Shown here: piece by piece, positions 1 to 10,059 of the stretch
Numbering within the stretch: position 1 is the first letter of the stretch
Layout: each line of letters opens with the position of its first letter
IMG/VR virus record: IMGVR_UViG_3300020008_000002
Span: 1 to 59,882 of that record
Reading direction: 5' to 3' (one strand)
Origin: a virus
Lineage: Duplodnaviria; Caudoviricetes
Length of the DNA: 59,882 nt
Notes under the pieces: generated by a model
What the model was told of the DNA's origin: nothing
The model's database searches: none
What the model saw: the letters and a program-made list of their open reading frames with translations, nothing else
Program-made: the position numbers and the translations under genes

Positions 1-131
1 ACACAATCGACATGATAACTACAGCGCTCGGCAAGAAGTTCCCAGAAGGGACAGCTGCTTATAATGAGGCTATCAAGAATATATCAGGCGGGAATAAGCA
101 AATGCTTGCTCTCCTTGAGACATCCGGACCG
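1..131. repeat. Terminal direct repeat (copy 1); assembly overlap of a circular or circularly permuted genome
   Basis: 1-131 equals 59752-59882 with one mismatch at position 5. Confidence 0.95.
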
Positions 132-3100
132 TCAATGAAGATATTCAGAGAAAATGTAGCCAACATCGCGAACTCCGTAAAGAGCGGAGGCAGCGCCATA
201 GCAGGATGGGCAGATGTACAGCAGAACTTCAATTTTCGGATGGACCAGGCAAAAGCTTCGGTCGGGGCCTTCGGAATCCAGGTTGGCACTGCGATAGCGC
301 CTCTCGCTACTCAGCTTGTTGGATTCTTCACAGATAAGGCGATGCCAGCAATATCAGCATTCAGCAATTGGTTTTTGACCTACGGAGTCCCATCATTGCA
401 ACGCTTCGGGGAAACAGCGACGAAGATATTTTCTGATATCGGGCATTATCTTAGATTATTTGATACCACCGGTATCGTTTATTCGATAAAACAGCTTGGA
501 GATACAATAGCAGGCATAATCCCTAATATCACCTCTAATAAAGCTGCGATGAAGGACCTGGCTAGTGTTTTTCTTAATCTCAGGGACGGAGTTAGCCAAC
601 TACTGGTGTCCGGCTTTGAGATTGTAGTAACCGTTCTAGATGGATTAAAGACCGCAGCTGGGTCCATTAATCTTGAGGTGATAATATCAGGAGTAGGAAG
701 GCTGGCGGGTGATATGTTAAAGTTGGTAGCAGCTATAATACGATTTGATCTATCCAATATAAGGATTGTGATCCCGGTCGTGAAAGATGCTCTCGGGTTG
801 CTAGGGAACGCAATAACCGGAGTTGTCTTACCAGCACTGGATGGACTGATCGTGGGACTTACCAAGGTATATGATTTTTTGGGCAAAAATTCAGCGATGG
901 CGTTTATTGCAAAGGGGGCAATAATAGGGTTTGGAGTAGCTCTCGCGGGGATTAAAATTGCAGAGATCGCTTACTGGATTCCGTTCGTTGCTGCCTTCTG
1001 GGCAGAGTGGGCAGCTGGAGCGTGGGCAGCAGCTGCCGGGACGATTTCCGCTACCTGGCCGATCCTGGCTATTGGCGCAGTAATAGGTGCGGTCGTTGCC
1101 GGTATTGTGCTCGCAGTACAGCATTGGGGCCAAATAATGGATTGGATATCTGGCAAGGCTGATCAGACAAGGATTGCAGTAGAGCAATCCCACGAGAAGA
1201 TGAAAATAGCGCAAGACCAGAAGACAGCTGATGGTGCTAAAGCGGCGATTAATAACATGGAGAAAGAGCGGCTTGGGGTGATACAGAAAATGAAAGAGAC
1301 AAACGACGAAGTAGAGAAAGGGCAACTCGCAAGCCAGGCAAAGCAGCTCACTAACCAAATTAATGCACAGAAAGGAAAGCTGCAAGTTGCTGAACAGGAT
1401 AAGAAGGCACAGATACAGAAGCAAAAAGAGTTACAAGCCGAGATGGATGAAGTGCAGAAGCCATGGTACACAAGATTATGGGACGATATTATGCATGGTT
1501 TTCAGGTTGCGTGGAACTGGATAGTTAATCTATTCGGAGGAATGGGAGCTTGGTTCGGAGGAGTCTTCAGTGCGGCATTCAATGCCATAGGTAGTTTTTT
1601 TGGCGGTATCGGCAAGTGGTTTGGCGACAGGTGGCACGATATAGAGAATGTATTTAGTGGAGTTGGCAAATGGTTTGAAGGTATAGGCAATGACATATGG
1701 AATGGAATAACCAAATTCTTTGGGGATATCGGAAAATGGTTTGCAGACAAATGGAATGATGCAATAGCGCCATTTAAACCAGGTCTTGATTATATATATC
1801 AGGTTTTTGAGACCATTAGCAATATCATACGGGCAGTTTTAGGAAAAATAGGACAGTGGTTTGTATCTGCTTGGGATTCAATCAAAGCAGTTTTTTTAGG
1901 AATCGGCAAGTGGTTTGGCGATAGATGGCATGATATCCAAAATGTATTTGGAGGAATTGGTAAATGGTTTGGGGATGTATTCCAAGGCGCATGGAAGTTT
2001 ATAACAACGATATTCGCACCTATTGGCAAATGGTTCGGAGACAGGTGGCATAATATACAGAATGTATTCGCAGGGATAGGTAAATGGTTCGGAGATATAT
2101 TTCAAGGAGCATGGAAATGGATTACAGACGTATTCTCACAAATAGGCAAATGGTTTGGGGATAGGAGGAAAGATGTTCAGAACATATTCGCTCCTGTAGG
2201 AAAATGGATTGGCGACGTTTTCCAGAGCGCCTGGAACGGTATGGTAAATGTCTTTAGTCCGATAGGCAAATGGTTTGGCGATAGATGGCATGATATTCAG
2301 AGCGCATGGAACAATGTTACTAAGTGGTTTAGCGATTTATGGGCTGGGGTAATGAATGGTGTTCATTCATTCGGCAAGAGCATCAATGACGGATTCAAAG
2401 GGATCATCAATTGGGTGGTTGATACTCTTAATGGAGGTGTTCACGCTTTCACTGATTTCCTTAATTTCTTTGGAGACGGGCTAAACAAGCTAGCAACGTC
2501 ACTTGGGGCAACCCCAGCAGTTAAATCGGTAACCAATAAGCCGATACCTCATCTAGCAAGCGGGACGGACAGTCACGAAGGGGGGCCAGCCGTTGTCGGA
2601 GAGCAAGGCCGGGAGCTAGTGTGGCTCCCAAAAGGAACAAAAGTAACACCCAACGTGCCAACAGAGCATCTTCTAAAGACAGGTGCGGTACCTGGTTATG
2701 CCAGTGGTACGGGCAACTGGATGGATAACGTGGTGTCATGGATAGGAGGTGGATCCAAGGCAATAATAGACAATCTTATAAGCGCACTCGGTCTTAAAGC
2801 TCCTGCGAAAAAAGGGATGGGGGACATTGCAGGTGAACTATTTAATCAAGTAAAGAATTGGGCAGTGACGTGGGTAACCGGCATTTTGCCGCAACCAGGA
2901 GGTGCGGCAGGCGGAGGCGTTGGCTTTACGGCCAATATTCCTGGAAATGTTGGATCTTGGATAGCAACTGCCATGGGATTAAAACATACTCCGCAGTCAT
3001 GGGCATCTGATCTTGGAACAATAGCCATGAAGGAGTCTGGCGGCAATCCAAATGCAATCAACCGAACAGACAGTAATGCACAAGCTGGGCATCCGTCTCA

Positions 3101-3518
3101 AGGCCTGTTTCAAACGATTCCATCGACATTCAATGCATATGCTCTTCCTGGCCATGGCAATATACTGAACCCGGTTGACAATGCCGCAGCTGCTATTGGG
3201 TATATATCAAGTAGGTATGGGGATGTATTTCATGTCCCGGGCATAGTTTCAATGAGTAAAGGGGGGCCGTACCAAGGGTATGCAGGTGGGACTGATAACG
3301 CGCCAGGTGGCATGGCAATTGTTGGCGAGCATGGACCTGAAATGGTGTATTTGCCGAAGGGATCCAGTGTGCTCCCCAATAGTCGCCTCGGGAATGCAAT
3401 GAGCCCGAATATTGTGATCAATCCTCCAGCGATCTATCTTGACGGCAGGTTGCTTGCTGGCGGGCTAATGCCTTATATTACCAGCGCCATAAGATACAGC
3501 ACAGGAGTAATACAATAA
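12..3518 (+). CDS. Tail tape measure protein, C-terminal part, with Trp/Phe repeats and a lytic transglycosylase (SLT) domain
   Basis: 11/22-aa GKWFGDRWHDIQNVF repeats; MKESGGNPNAIN...GLFQTIPSTF SLT motif; duplicated GG.A.VGE.G.E motif. Confidence 0.92.
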   Translation: MITTALGKKFPEGTAAYNEAIKNISGGNKQMLALLETSGPSMKIFRENVANIANSVKSGGSAIAGWADVQQNFNFRMDQAKASVGAFGIQVGTAIAPLATQLVGFFTDKAMPAISAFSNWFLTYGVPSLQRFGETATKIFSDIGHYLRLFDTTGIVYSIKQLGDTIAGIIPNITSNKAAMKDLASVFLNLRDGVSQLLVSGFEIVVTVLDGLKTAAGSINLEVIISGVGRLAGDMLKLVAAIIRFDLSNIRIVIPVVKDALGLLGNAITGVVLPALDGLIVGLTKVYDFLGKNSAMAFIAKGAIIGFGVALAGIKIAEIAYWIPFVAAFWAEWAAGAWAAAAGTISATWPILAIGAVIGAVVAGIVLAVQHWGQIMDWISGKADQTRIAVEQSHEKMKIAQDQKTADGAKAAINNMEKERLGVIQKMKETNDEVEKGQLASQAKQLTNQINAQKGKLQVAEQDKKAQIQKQKELQAEMDEVQKPWYTRLWDDIMHGFQVAWNWIVNLFGGMGAWFGGVFSAAFNAIGSFFGGIGKWFGDRWHDIENVFSGVGKWFEGIGNDIWNGITKFFGDIGKWFADKWNDAIAPFKPGLDYIYQVFETISNIIRAVLGKIGQWFVSAWDSIKAVFLGIGKWFGDRWHDIQNVFGGIGKWFGDVFQGAWKFITTIFAPIGKWFGDRWHNIQNVFAGIGKWFGDIFQGAWKWITDVFSQIGKWFGDRRKDVQNIFAPVGKWIGDVFQSAWNGMVNVFSPIGKWFGDRWHDIQSAWNNVTKWFSDLWAGVMNGVHSFGKSINDGFKGIINWVVDTLNGGVHAFTDFLNFFGDGLNKLATSLGATPAVKSVTNKPIPHLASGTDSHEGGPAVVGEQGRELVWLPKGTKVTPNVPTEHLLKTGAVPGYASGTGNWMDNVVSWIGGGSKAIIDNLISALGLKAPAKKGMGDIAGELFNQVKNWAVTWVTGILPQPGGAAGGGVGFTANIPGNVGSWIATAMGLKHTPQSWASDLGTIAMKESGGNPNAINRTDSNAQAGHPSQGLFQTIPSTFNAYALPGHGNILNPVDNAAAAIGYISSRYGDVFHVPGIVSMSKGGPYQGYAGGTDNAPGGMAIVGEHGPEMVYLPKGSSVLPNSRLGNAMSPNIVINPPAIYLDGRLLAGGLMPYITSAIRYSTGVIQ

Positions 3519-4939
3519 TGCCAATAGCACTAGTTCCAGCAATCTACTTCAACGCCAGGCAGTACGGGGCAAAAGGTGATGGGAGCACTGACGATACAAC
3601 TAGTATCCAGAACGCAATCAACGCCGCATCATCCGGTGGAATAGTGTTCTTCCCGGCTGGTACCTACAAGGTCTCATCCCCGATAAATATCAATCATCAG
3701 GGAATAAGATTATTTGGAACCGGACTAGGGAGCCTTATTTCTATCTCAGCGAGTTTTAGTGGCGCGAACGTGTTCAATATCACGTCTAATTTCTGTGCTA
3801 TAGAGAAATTATCCATACAAGGGACTAGTGGAACATATAGCTCAAATCCATCGGCGGACGCTATTCAGATAACGGGTGTTTCGTCCACATTTATCAATGA
3901 CCTCTATTTGCAAGCAGTGAACGGATGGTGCATTAATTCGACCTCGACGAGTGTCGCTAACTATAATACTCACTTTACTGAAGTCCGTAGCTATCAGTGT
4001 AAACAAGGCATCCATATGCTGGGCGTTACCGCGTCTAACTATGCGAGTGTGCATGTGTTAACAAATTGCTACATGTCGCAGATAGAAAACGGCGATTGCT
4101 ATTTTATTGAGGATTGTCAGGACGTACAAGGAACAAATATTCTTGGCGAAACAGCGGCCGGGAGCGGTAACTCCATTCATATAAAAGGTGCGTCTTCTGG
4201 CATTTACTTTAACAATGTGGATATTGGACCATATCCCGTGCCGTCCACTGGATCCGTTATTCTTATTGAGCAGAGCGCAAATGGTGTTCCCAATCAGATT
4301 GGATTCATGAACGGGATAGTCGAAGGGGGCCTAGCAGGTGTGGATATCTCTAATGGGACGAACATTGTCATGAAAGCATTGAATATATTCAACAACGGTA
4401 CATGGGGGGCACGCGGAACAGGAGGTGACAGCACGGTATATGAAAACTGCATCTTCAATGCTAATGGCTCAGCCGGTTCAAGCGGCCGCTACGATGTCCA
4501 GGTAGCGGCTGGCCACACTATATTTACCGGGTGCTACTTCAATACACCACAAGGGACAACGACTCAAAAGGTAAATAACGTCGTTAATGCTATCAGTGGT
4601 ACGACTCAATTCCTAAACTGTCAATTCTTCGGTACCGGGTTTAATTCAAGCAACATATTCAACGGAGGACCGAATCTAATTAGGGGTTGTGCAGGGTATA
4701 ACCCTGTGGGAGTTGTAACTCCGCCAACTGTTGGCGCAAGTCCATTAACTGTCGGGCCTTTTAACATCGATTATACCGTATATATAAAGGGTGGAACAGT
4801 ATCTGCAATCTCTGTAGGGGGTAACTCTACCGGACTTACCGTTGCGACTGGTGGCTTTGTGACCGTTAGAGTTCCTGCCGGGCTAAATCTCACAATTGCA
4901 TATAGTGCAGCGCCTACGTGGTCATGGTTTGGAGATTAA
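3518..4939 (+). CDS. Parallel beta-helix (pectate lyase-like) tail spike / depolymerase
   Basis: N-terminal YGAKGDGSTDDTTSIQNAINAA..GGIVFFPAGTY motif; Asn/Gly/Ile-rich beta-helix pattern. Confidence 0.8.
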   Translation: MPIALVPAIYFNARQYGAKGDGSTDDTTSIQNAINAASSGGIVFFPAGTYKVSSPININHQGIRLFGTGLGSLISISASFSGANVFNITSNFCAIEKLSIQGTSGTYSSNPSADAIQITGVSSTFINDLYLQAVNGWCINSTSTSVANYNTHFTEVRSYQCKQGIHMLGVTASNYASVHVLTNCYMSQIENGDCYFIEDCQDVQGTNILGETAAGSGNSIHIKGASSGIYFNNVDIGPYPVPSTGSVILIEQSANGVPNQIGFMNGIVEGGLAGVDISNGTNIVMKALNIFNNGTWGARGTGGDSTVYENCIFNANGSAGSSGRYDVQVAAGHTIFTGCYFNTPQGTTTQKVNNVVNAISGTTQFLNCQFFGTGFNSSNIFNGGPNLIRGCAGYNPVGVVTPPTVGASPLTVGPFNIDYTVYIKGGTVSAISVGGNSTGLTVATGGFVTVRVPAGLNLTIAYSAAPTWSWFGD

Positions 4940-4940
4940 T

Positions 4941-6941
4941 ATGAGCTATTCAAGTGTAATATTAGGAGATAATCCAGTTGCCTACTATCACTTAGATGAT
5001 AGTAGTGGAACTACAGCTGTCGATTCCACTGCCAATCATTATGACGCGAAACTGAGCGGGACATTTACGCTGTCTCAACCAGGGGCTTTTTCTGGTTCTA
5101 GTAGCATATTATTTGACGGTCTTACTGGCTTAATGTCAATACCAAGGGCACTTGACTACACAACATTCACTTCACTGTCGATTGAGTTCTGGTCGAATGC
5201 GTCCGGGTCCTGGCAACACGTGGTAGTGACAGCATCTGCTTCTACTGTAATTACGTATCTTAATGGGGTTGTGGTTACTCCGGTCACAGCAGGTGTTATA
5301 GAAGTTGGCGCTCTATTTGACTACGCCGGCAGCTTCTTCAGCTCAAATATTGATGAGTTTGCGATCTACAATTATGTACTTACCCCTTCACAAGTCAGCA
5401 ATCATTATAATGCAGCTAATGTATCGCCGAGCACCAGTTCCGGGTCTTTTTCAGTTTTTATTAGCGGCATGAGCTATCTTGTTATTGCGGGATCATTGCA
5501 GATAAGCAACACGATAGGAAAGAGATCAACCGCAGCATTTCTCTTATATACGGATACATCTGTACATTTTCAACAGTACCAGCAAGTTACAATATACGAC
5601 AATAACAATGTAATTGTATTCAGCGGTTATATAATAAGTCCTAAAGAGCAATACCCTGGCTTTAGCCCATATCTTATTCATACTATCCAGTGCGTTGATC
5701 AGCATTACTTGGCAGATAAAAGGGTTGTAGCTTCATCTTACGTTAACAAGACGTGTGGATTTATTGCACAAGACATCTTAACTAATGTATTATCGCAAGA
5801 GGGGGTCACAGCTGCTCAAATATATGATGGTCTGACTCCGAGCCCAACTCTCTATCCGAGTCCAACTCTCTATCCGTCTGGGAATGTGGGGCTACTGCCG
5901 AGCGTATCTTTCGTATATGCAACAGTTGCGCAGGCAATGGATGCCTTGGCATCTGCCGCATCTGCGTCAGGGGTATTTTACTATTGGCAGATAGATCTCA
6001 ATAAGCAGCTTTGGTTTGTACCATATACAACTGTGGTTAATAGCAACGTAGTAGATGGGACTCAAATAGATCAAGTGAATTCTGCTCCATATATAACTAG
6101 GCAGAATCCGTCATACCGTAATTCTCAGTATATAGTGGGAGGCACACAACAGACAGTTCTGCAAACAGAGGCTAGAAAGGGGGATAGCAACACAGTTGCG
6201 TGGGCGATGGGATTTGCACTATCGGCTCAACCAACAATAACAGTCAATGGCGTAGCGAAGACAGTTGGTATCAAACAGGTAAGTACAGGGAAGGATTTCT
6301 ATTGGGCGCAGAATGATCCTGTCGTCACGCAGGATAGCGGTGGTACTAAGTTGACGAGTAGTGACACTCTTCAAGTTGTATATTACGGACAGTATGCGGC
6401 CATAATTCAGTCCAATAATACCGCTCAGCAAAACTACCAGGCTTCACTTGACGGTTCTAGCGGTATTGTGGACCAGGTGATCGTTGACGCTACAGTATCA
6501 GATATAACGACAGGTCTCACTGAGGCGGCTAATCTCCTTAATCGCTACGGGACCCAATGTAGTCAGTTGGTTTTTACTACCAGGCAGACAGGATTTAGTC
6601 AGGGTCAGCTAATAACCGTGAATCTTCCGATGTATAACCTGAGCGGTGACCAGATGCTGATAGAAAGTGTAACAGCTGCCGATTCAGATATGATAAATAT
6701 CTGGTACACGATAACAGCGGTTGAAGGGCCATATGACACAACTTGGGTGGATTTCTTTAGTAAACTGCTAAAGAATGTACAACCAGCCAATTCGATTAAT
6801 GTAGGCGTACAGCAGACAACTAATATTCTTGTCCAGTTCACTGCGAGCATATCGCTGTCAGCGACTCTGAACGTCACAACGTATGCATGTCCGCTCCCGT
6901 CAACTTCATTGTTCCCATCAGCGTCACTATTTCCATGCTAG
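4941..6941 (+). CDS. Tail/baseplate hub protein with N-terminal LamG-like domain
   Basis: PVAYYHLDD...IDEFAIYNYVLT LamG-like motifs; LYPS repeats seen in siphovirus tail proteins; start moved to ATG 4941 after GGAG. Confidence 0.7.
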   Translation: MSYSSVILGDNPVAYYHLDDSSGTTAVDSTANHYDAKLSGTFTLSQPGAFSGSSSILFDGLTGLMSIPRALDYTTFTSLSIEFWSNASGSWQHVVVTASASTVITYLNGVVVTPVTAGVIEVGALFDYAGSFFSSNIDEFAIYNYVLTPSQVSNHYNAANVSPSTSSGSFSVFISGMSYLVIAGSLQISNTIGKRSTAAFLLYTDTSVHFQQYQQVTIYDNNNVIVFSGYIISPKEQYPGFSPYLIHTIQCVDQHYLADKRVVASSYVNKTCGFIAQDILTNVLSQEGVTAAQIYDGLTPSPTLYPSPTLYPSGNVGLLPSVSFVYATVAQAMDALASAASASGVFYYWQIDLNKQLWFVPYTTVVNSNVVDGTQIDQVNSAPYITRQNPSYRNSQYIVGGTQQTVLQTEARKGDSNTVAWAMGFALSAQPTITVNGVAKTVGIKQVSTGKDFYWAQNDPVVTQDSGGTKLTSSDTLQVVYYGQYAAIIQSNNTAQQNYQASLDGSSGIVDQVIVDATVSDITTGLTEAANLLNRYGTQCSQLVFTTRQTGFSQGQLITVNLPMYNLSGDQMLIESVTAADSDMINIWYTITAVEGPYDTTWVDFFSKLLKNVQPANSINVGVQQTTNILVQFTASISLSATLNVTTYACPLPSTSLFPSASLFPC

Positions 6942-6949
6942 GATAACAA

Positions 6950-7330
6950 ATGTCAGCAATAACAATAACCAATGTGGGCCACAACTTAATAAGAGATGGT
7001 CTTAAGGGTGCAAATAACCCAAAGATCACTTACGTGGCGCTTGGGACATCTTCGACTGCGCCTACCGTCAGCGATACCAAGCTCGGAGCAGAAGCGTTCA
7101 GAAAAGCAGTAACTTCATACACGAATGGTGCTAGCGTTGGGGAGGTGTTAATTAACCTCTATCTTTCATCTGGGGACGCCGTTGGGTTAGTAATTCAGGA
7201 AGTAGGATTCTACGGAGGTAATTCTGCTACAAGCGCAGCTAATAGCGGGATTCTTCTTGCACATGGTCAGTTCACCCATACACATCTTGCAACTGAGACG
7301 TTGCAATTTCAGTTAGATCTAATAGCATAA
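6950..7330 (+). CDS. Minor tail protein (collar/fibre-attachment type)
   Basis: ITYVALGTSSTAPTVSDTKLGAEAFRK...IQEVGFY pattern; tail context. Confidence 0.65.
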   Translation: MSAITITNVGHNLIRDGLKGANNPKITYVALGTSSTAPTVSDTKLGAEAFRKAVTSYTNGASVGEVLINLYLSSGDAVGLVIQEVGFYGGNSATSAANSGILLAHGQFTHTHLATETLQFQLDLIA

Positions 7331-7341
7331 GGGAATGACAT

Positions 7342-7737
7342 ATGCCAACATATACAGCAACCGGCCCGTTCGCAAACGGAGGAGCGCCAGGTATTCAATC
7401 GTCGTTTCTTAATAATATAGAAACGTTCTTGGCCGGATATAGTGATAGTCACATCTCAGTTGATGGAAATGGCAAGCTAACGGTAGTTAATGTCGCGCTG
7501 GCTGTCGGAGGAATTTCCAGGATAAAGACCTTTGGTCCTGTCGCATGCATTAACGGTAAGACGACTGTTGCCCATGGCCTAGGAGTAACTCCTGACTGGA
7601 TAGGAATAACGATCCTTGCGGCTGCATCGGGGTCAACCGCGTCAGCAGGTTATGACTCTAGCACAGTTACTTCTACAAATGTGGACATATGGGGTAATGG
7701 ATTGTTCAATGTATTTTGTATAGCGGTTAAGTTTTAG
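7342..7737 (+). CDS. Short tail fibre-like protein
   Basis: FLNNIE motif and VAHGLGVTP C-terminal motif; tail context. Confidence 0.55.
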   Translation: MPTYTATGPFANGGAPGIQSSFLNNIETFLAGYSDSHISVDGNGKLTVVNVALAVGGISRIKTFGPVACINGKTTVAHGLGVTPDWIGITILAAASGSTASAGYDSSTVTSTNVDIWGNGLFNVFCIAVKF

Positions 7738-7745
7738 GCAATAAC

Positions 7746-8078
7746 ATGACAACACCAGCTCAAACGCAACTTGCATCTCTTCAAGCAGCTCTTTCAGCTC
7801 TTGGGATATCGTCAACATTGTTGCCGACTCTAACTCTCCTTACAACGCAAATCAATGATTTACAGCAAGTAGTAAATCAACAAGGCGGGCAACATTTTTA
7901 CTCAGAGGCTTTTAGCGCCTCAGCAGGATTCGGCATAAACAACGATATGATCGTTGACTTAGCGAAATATCTGAATAATTTCGCCTTGTATTGTATTCAA
8001 CAAGCTCTTGCATTGCAGGCGACATATCCTCTTGCCACTGATATTCTGGCCAATATGCCACCGTTCGTTAATAGTTAA
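7746..8078 (+). CDS. Hypothetical protein
   Basis: ORF tightly packed in the tail operon. Confidence 0.55.
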   Translation: MTTPAQTQLASLQAALSALGISSTLLPTLTLLTTQINDLQQVVNQQGGQHFYSEAFSASAGFGINNDMIVDLAKYLNNFALYCIQQALALQATYPLATDILANMPPFVNS

Positions 8079-8088
8079 GGGAGCGATC

Positions 8089-8265
8089 ATGAGTACAGGT
8101 ATGTACATTCATCTTGCAATTTCGCTTGCAGTTCTGATCTTTTGTGTTATCATCTTTATGACGGGCGGCGAGAGCGGTCGGACTTCGGCTCTCTCGTTTG
8201 TTGGTATTATGGTTGGTTACTGGTTTGGCCTTTATACCCCTATCCCTAACGGATCAAAAGTGTGA
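8089..8265 (+). CDS. Small two-TM membrane protein (holin-like)
   Basis: GGGAG RBS before ATG 8089; two hydrophobic segments; ..GYWFG motif. Confidence 0.5.
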   Translation: MSTGMYIHLAISLAVLIFCVIIFMTGGESGRTSALSFVGIMVGYWFGLYTPIPNGSKV

Positions 8266-8402
8266 GCGCGCCTCCTCCTAGTGTTTCTGGCACTCTTCAA
8301 TCTGTGGCTACCTCCACAGGGCGCGGAACTAATATGCCGGTTCTAGGATTGAGTTCAGTAGTTTTAACTGTGCGACTATACAATCACTTGGAGATAAAAC
8401 CC

Positions 8403-9173
8403 ATGGCAGATTTTACTACGCTTAAATTGCAGGCTAATACAGGAACAACGCCTGCCGGTGAGGGGTCAGGCACAGCTACGTGGACCGACGTATTATTCGG
8501 TACTGGCGGCTATGAACTGAGAGCCGCTCTCGCATCTGGCTCTCAAACAACAGGTACCGCGTCAGCGTCTTGGCCGTCTGTTTTGAAGCCAGCCTCCGGC
8601 ACCACATTAATGGACAAAATGTACGCTTTCAGTGCAGATACCACAGGTCTTGCCGTCACTAACTATGATGGCACTACTGCTCACTACCTGCAATTTCGTA
8701 TAAATTGGGACAACACCGGCACGTACAACAGCGCTCCGCTAATCTCGGCTTGGAAGGACAATACTCTCCCAGCTGCTTCACCCGGCACGCAAAATAGCGC
8801 AACTACAGGTGGAGACGGCTCATCTATTATCAATGGTACTGCCGGTGAATCTGGGAGCTTTAGCTTGCTTAAAGCCAATGCTTACGGCTTTGGGTTAACT
8901 GCAGGTGGGGTACAGCAAACTCCGTCAGCTAATGCAGCTGGCACTGAGACAGTAAATGGGCATTCGGCAGCTGGTGCTGCCACCACAGCAAGTGCAGCTT
9001 GGCTGTCTACTTGGCAAGATCTCCAAGCTGCCACTGACTGGATTGCAAATGGCGCAACTCCGCAAGCGACTACGGCTGGTTTGTGGTACTTCTGCCTTAT
9101 TCTGCGCATAGCAGCTGGGATGACTGGTGGCACACTATTGCCCGTCATTGGTATCCAGTACACTTGGATATAA
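8403..9173 (+). CDS. Putative virion structural protein (Thr/Gly/Ala-rich)
   Basis: GGAG RBS before ATG 8403; composition and context. Confidence 0.55.
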   Translation: MADFTTLKLQANTGTTPAGEGSGTATWTDVLFGTGGYELRAALASGSQTTGTASASWPSVLKPASGTTLMDKMYAFSADTTGLAVTNYDGTTAHYLQFRINWDNTGTYNSAPLISAWKDNTLPAASPGTQNSATTGGDGSSIINGTAGESGSFSLLKANAYGFGLTAGGVQQTPSANAAGTETVNGHSAAGAATTASAAWLSTWQDLQAATDWIANGATPQATTAGLWYFCLILRIAAGMTGGTLLPVIGIQYTWI

Positions 9174-9236
9174 ATAAGAGCGTAACGAGGAAGGTACCCT
9201 CATCACGCTCATAGTAATATTGTACAACATGTATCA

Positions 9237-9461
9237 TCACAACTCATTTGTCAAGAGTGGAATGTCGATGTCGCTATCGATGCCTCCTTCGCCCGTTCCT
9301 ATAAGCCATGCCATGGCGCTGCCAGGATTCAAAGTTAAGCGAGAGACGGGAGTGGCAATCTTCGGCCAGTCAGCCTGAACTTTTGAAAGTTCAGACCACT
9401 GCTGTGAATGCTGATCTAGAGGTTTGCCGGTTCTGAATTTGATTTTTGTTGATTTTTTCAT
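9237..9461 (-). CDS. Moron-like 74-aa hypothetical protein, antisense to the late operon
   Basis: AGGAGG RBS; own TTGACA-17-TACAAT promoter at about 9476-9507. Confidence 0.6.
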   Translation of the reverse strand: MKKSTKIKFRTGKPLDQHSQQWSELSKVQADWPKIATPVSRLTLNPGSAMAWLIGTGEGGIDSDIDIPLLTNEL

Positions 9462-9516
9462 AAAATCCTCCTGATTGTATTGTAGCACATCCGAGCCTGT
9501 TTGTCAAGGAGGCACT

Positions 9517-10059
9517 ATGCTCAGAGAAAAACTAACAGGACTACGAGTCATTCTTGCAGGCGAATCATACTGGGAATGCAAAATGTCATCTGGAAAGATA
9601 TGGAGTGAATTGTCCGAAAAGTCAATAGAGCTACCGACCAAGAACGGCATGAAGCATTATCTCGTTCGTCGGATAGAATGGCTGGAAGATATTATTGGGT
9701 CAGGCGACATTAAAAATGTTAAAGAAATATACCTCCATACACCAGAAGGAGTCGCTGTTACTCATGTGGGAGACGAATATACCGGCTTCCAGTTTTCACG
9801 TGGGACTTCAGCTCTACTTACAGGCGAAAAACTAAAAAACCTACAGGTCATAGGAGCTGTTTCTGATAAAGGGACCGGTGACTGCACTTTTGCCCTTTGG
9901 GATTATCAGGTGATGAAACTCTATGTAGACACCTTGTGGGACAGAGAGCGTAAAGTGCAGTATCAAGGGCTCAACAACATACTGAACTTTAGAGCTTGGC
10001 GCGACGGTATTGTTGATATTGGCCGCCTAAATATTACTGCTATGGATGTACGTTTATGA
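9517..10059 (+). CDS. Hypothetical protein
   Basis: AGGAGG RBS before ATG 9517. Confidence 0.6.
   Translation: MLREKLTGLRVILAGESYWECKMSSGKIWSELSEKSIELPTKNGMKHYLVRRIEWLEDIIGSGDIKNVKEIYLHTPEGVAVTHVGDEYTGFQFSRGTSALLTGEKLKNLQVIGAVSDKGTGDCTFALWDYQVMKLYVDTLWDRERKVQYQGLNNILNFRAWRDGIVDIGRLNITAMDVRL

Noticed and set aside
1-131. Biological direct terminal repeat
   Set aside because: It lies mid-TMP and its length is typical of an assembler overlap.
1600-2340. Nucleotide repeats in the TMP
   Set aside because: Ordinary 11/22-aa Trp/Phe tape-measure periodicity.
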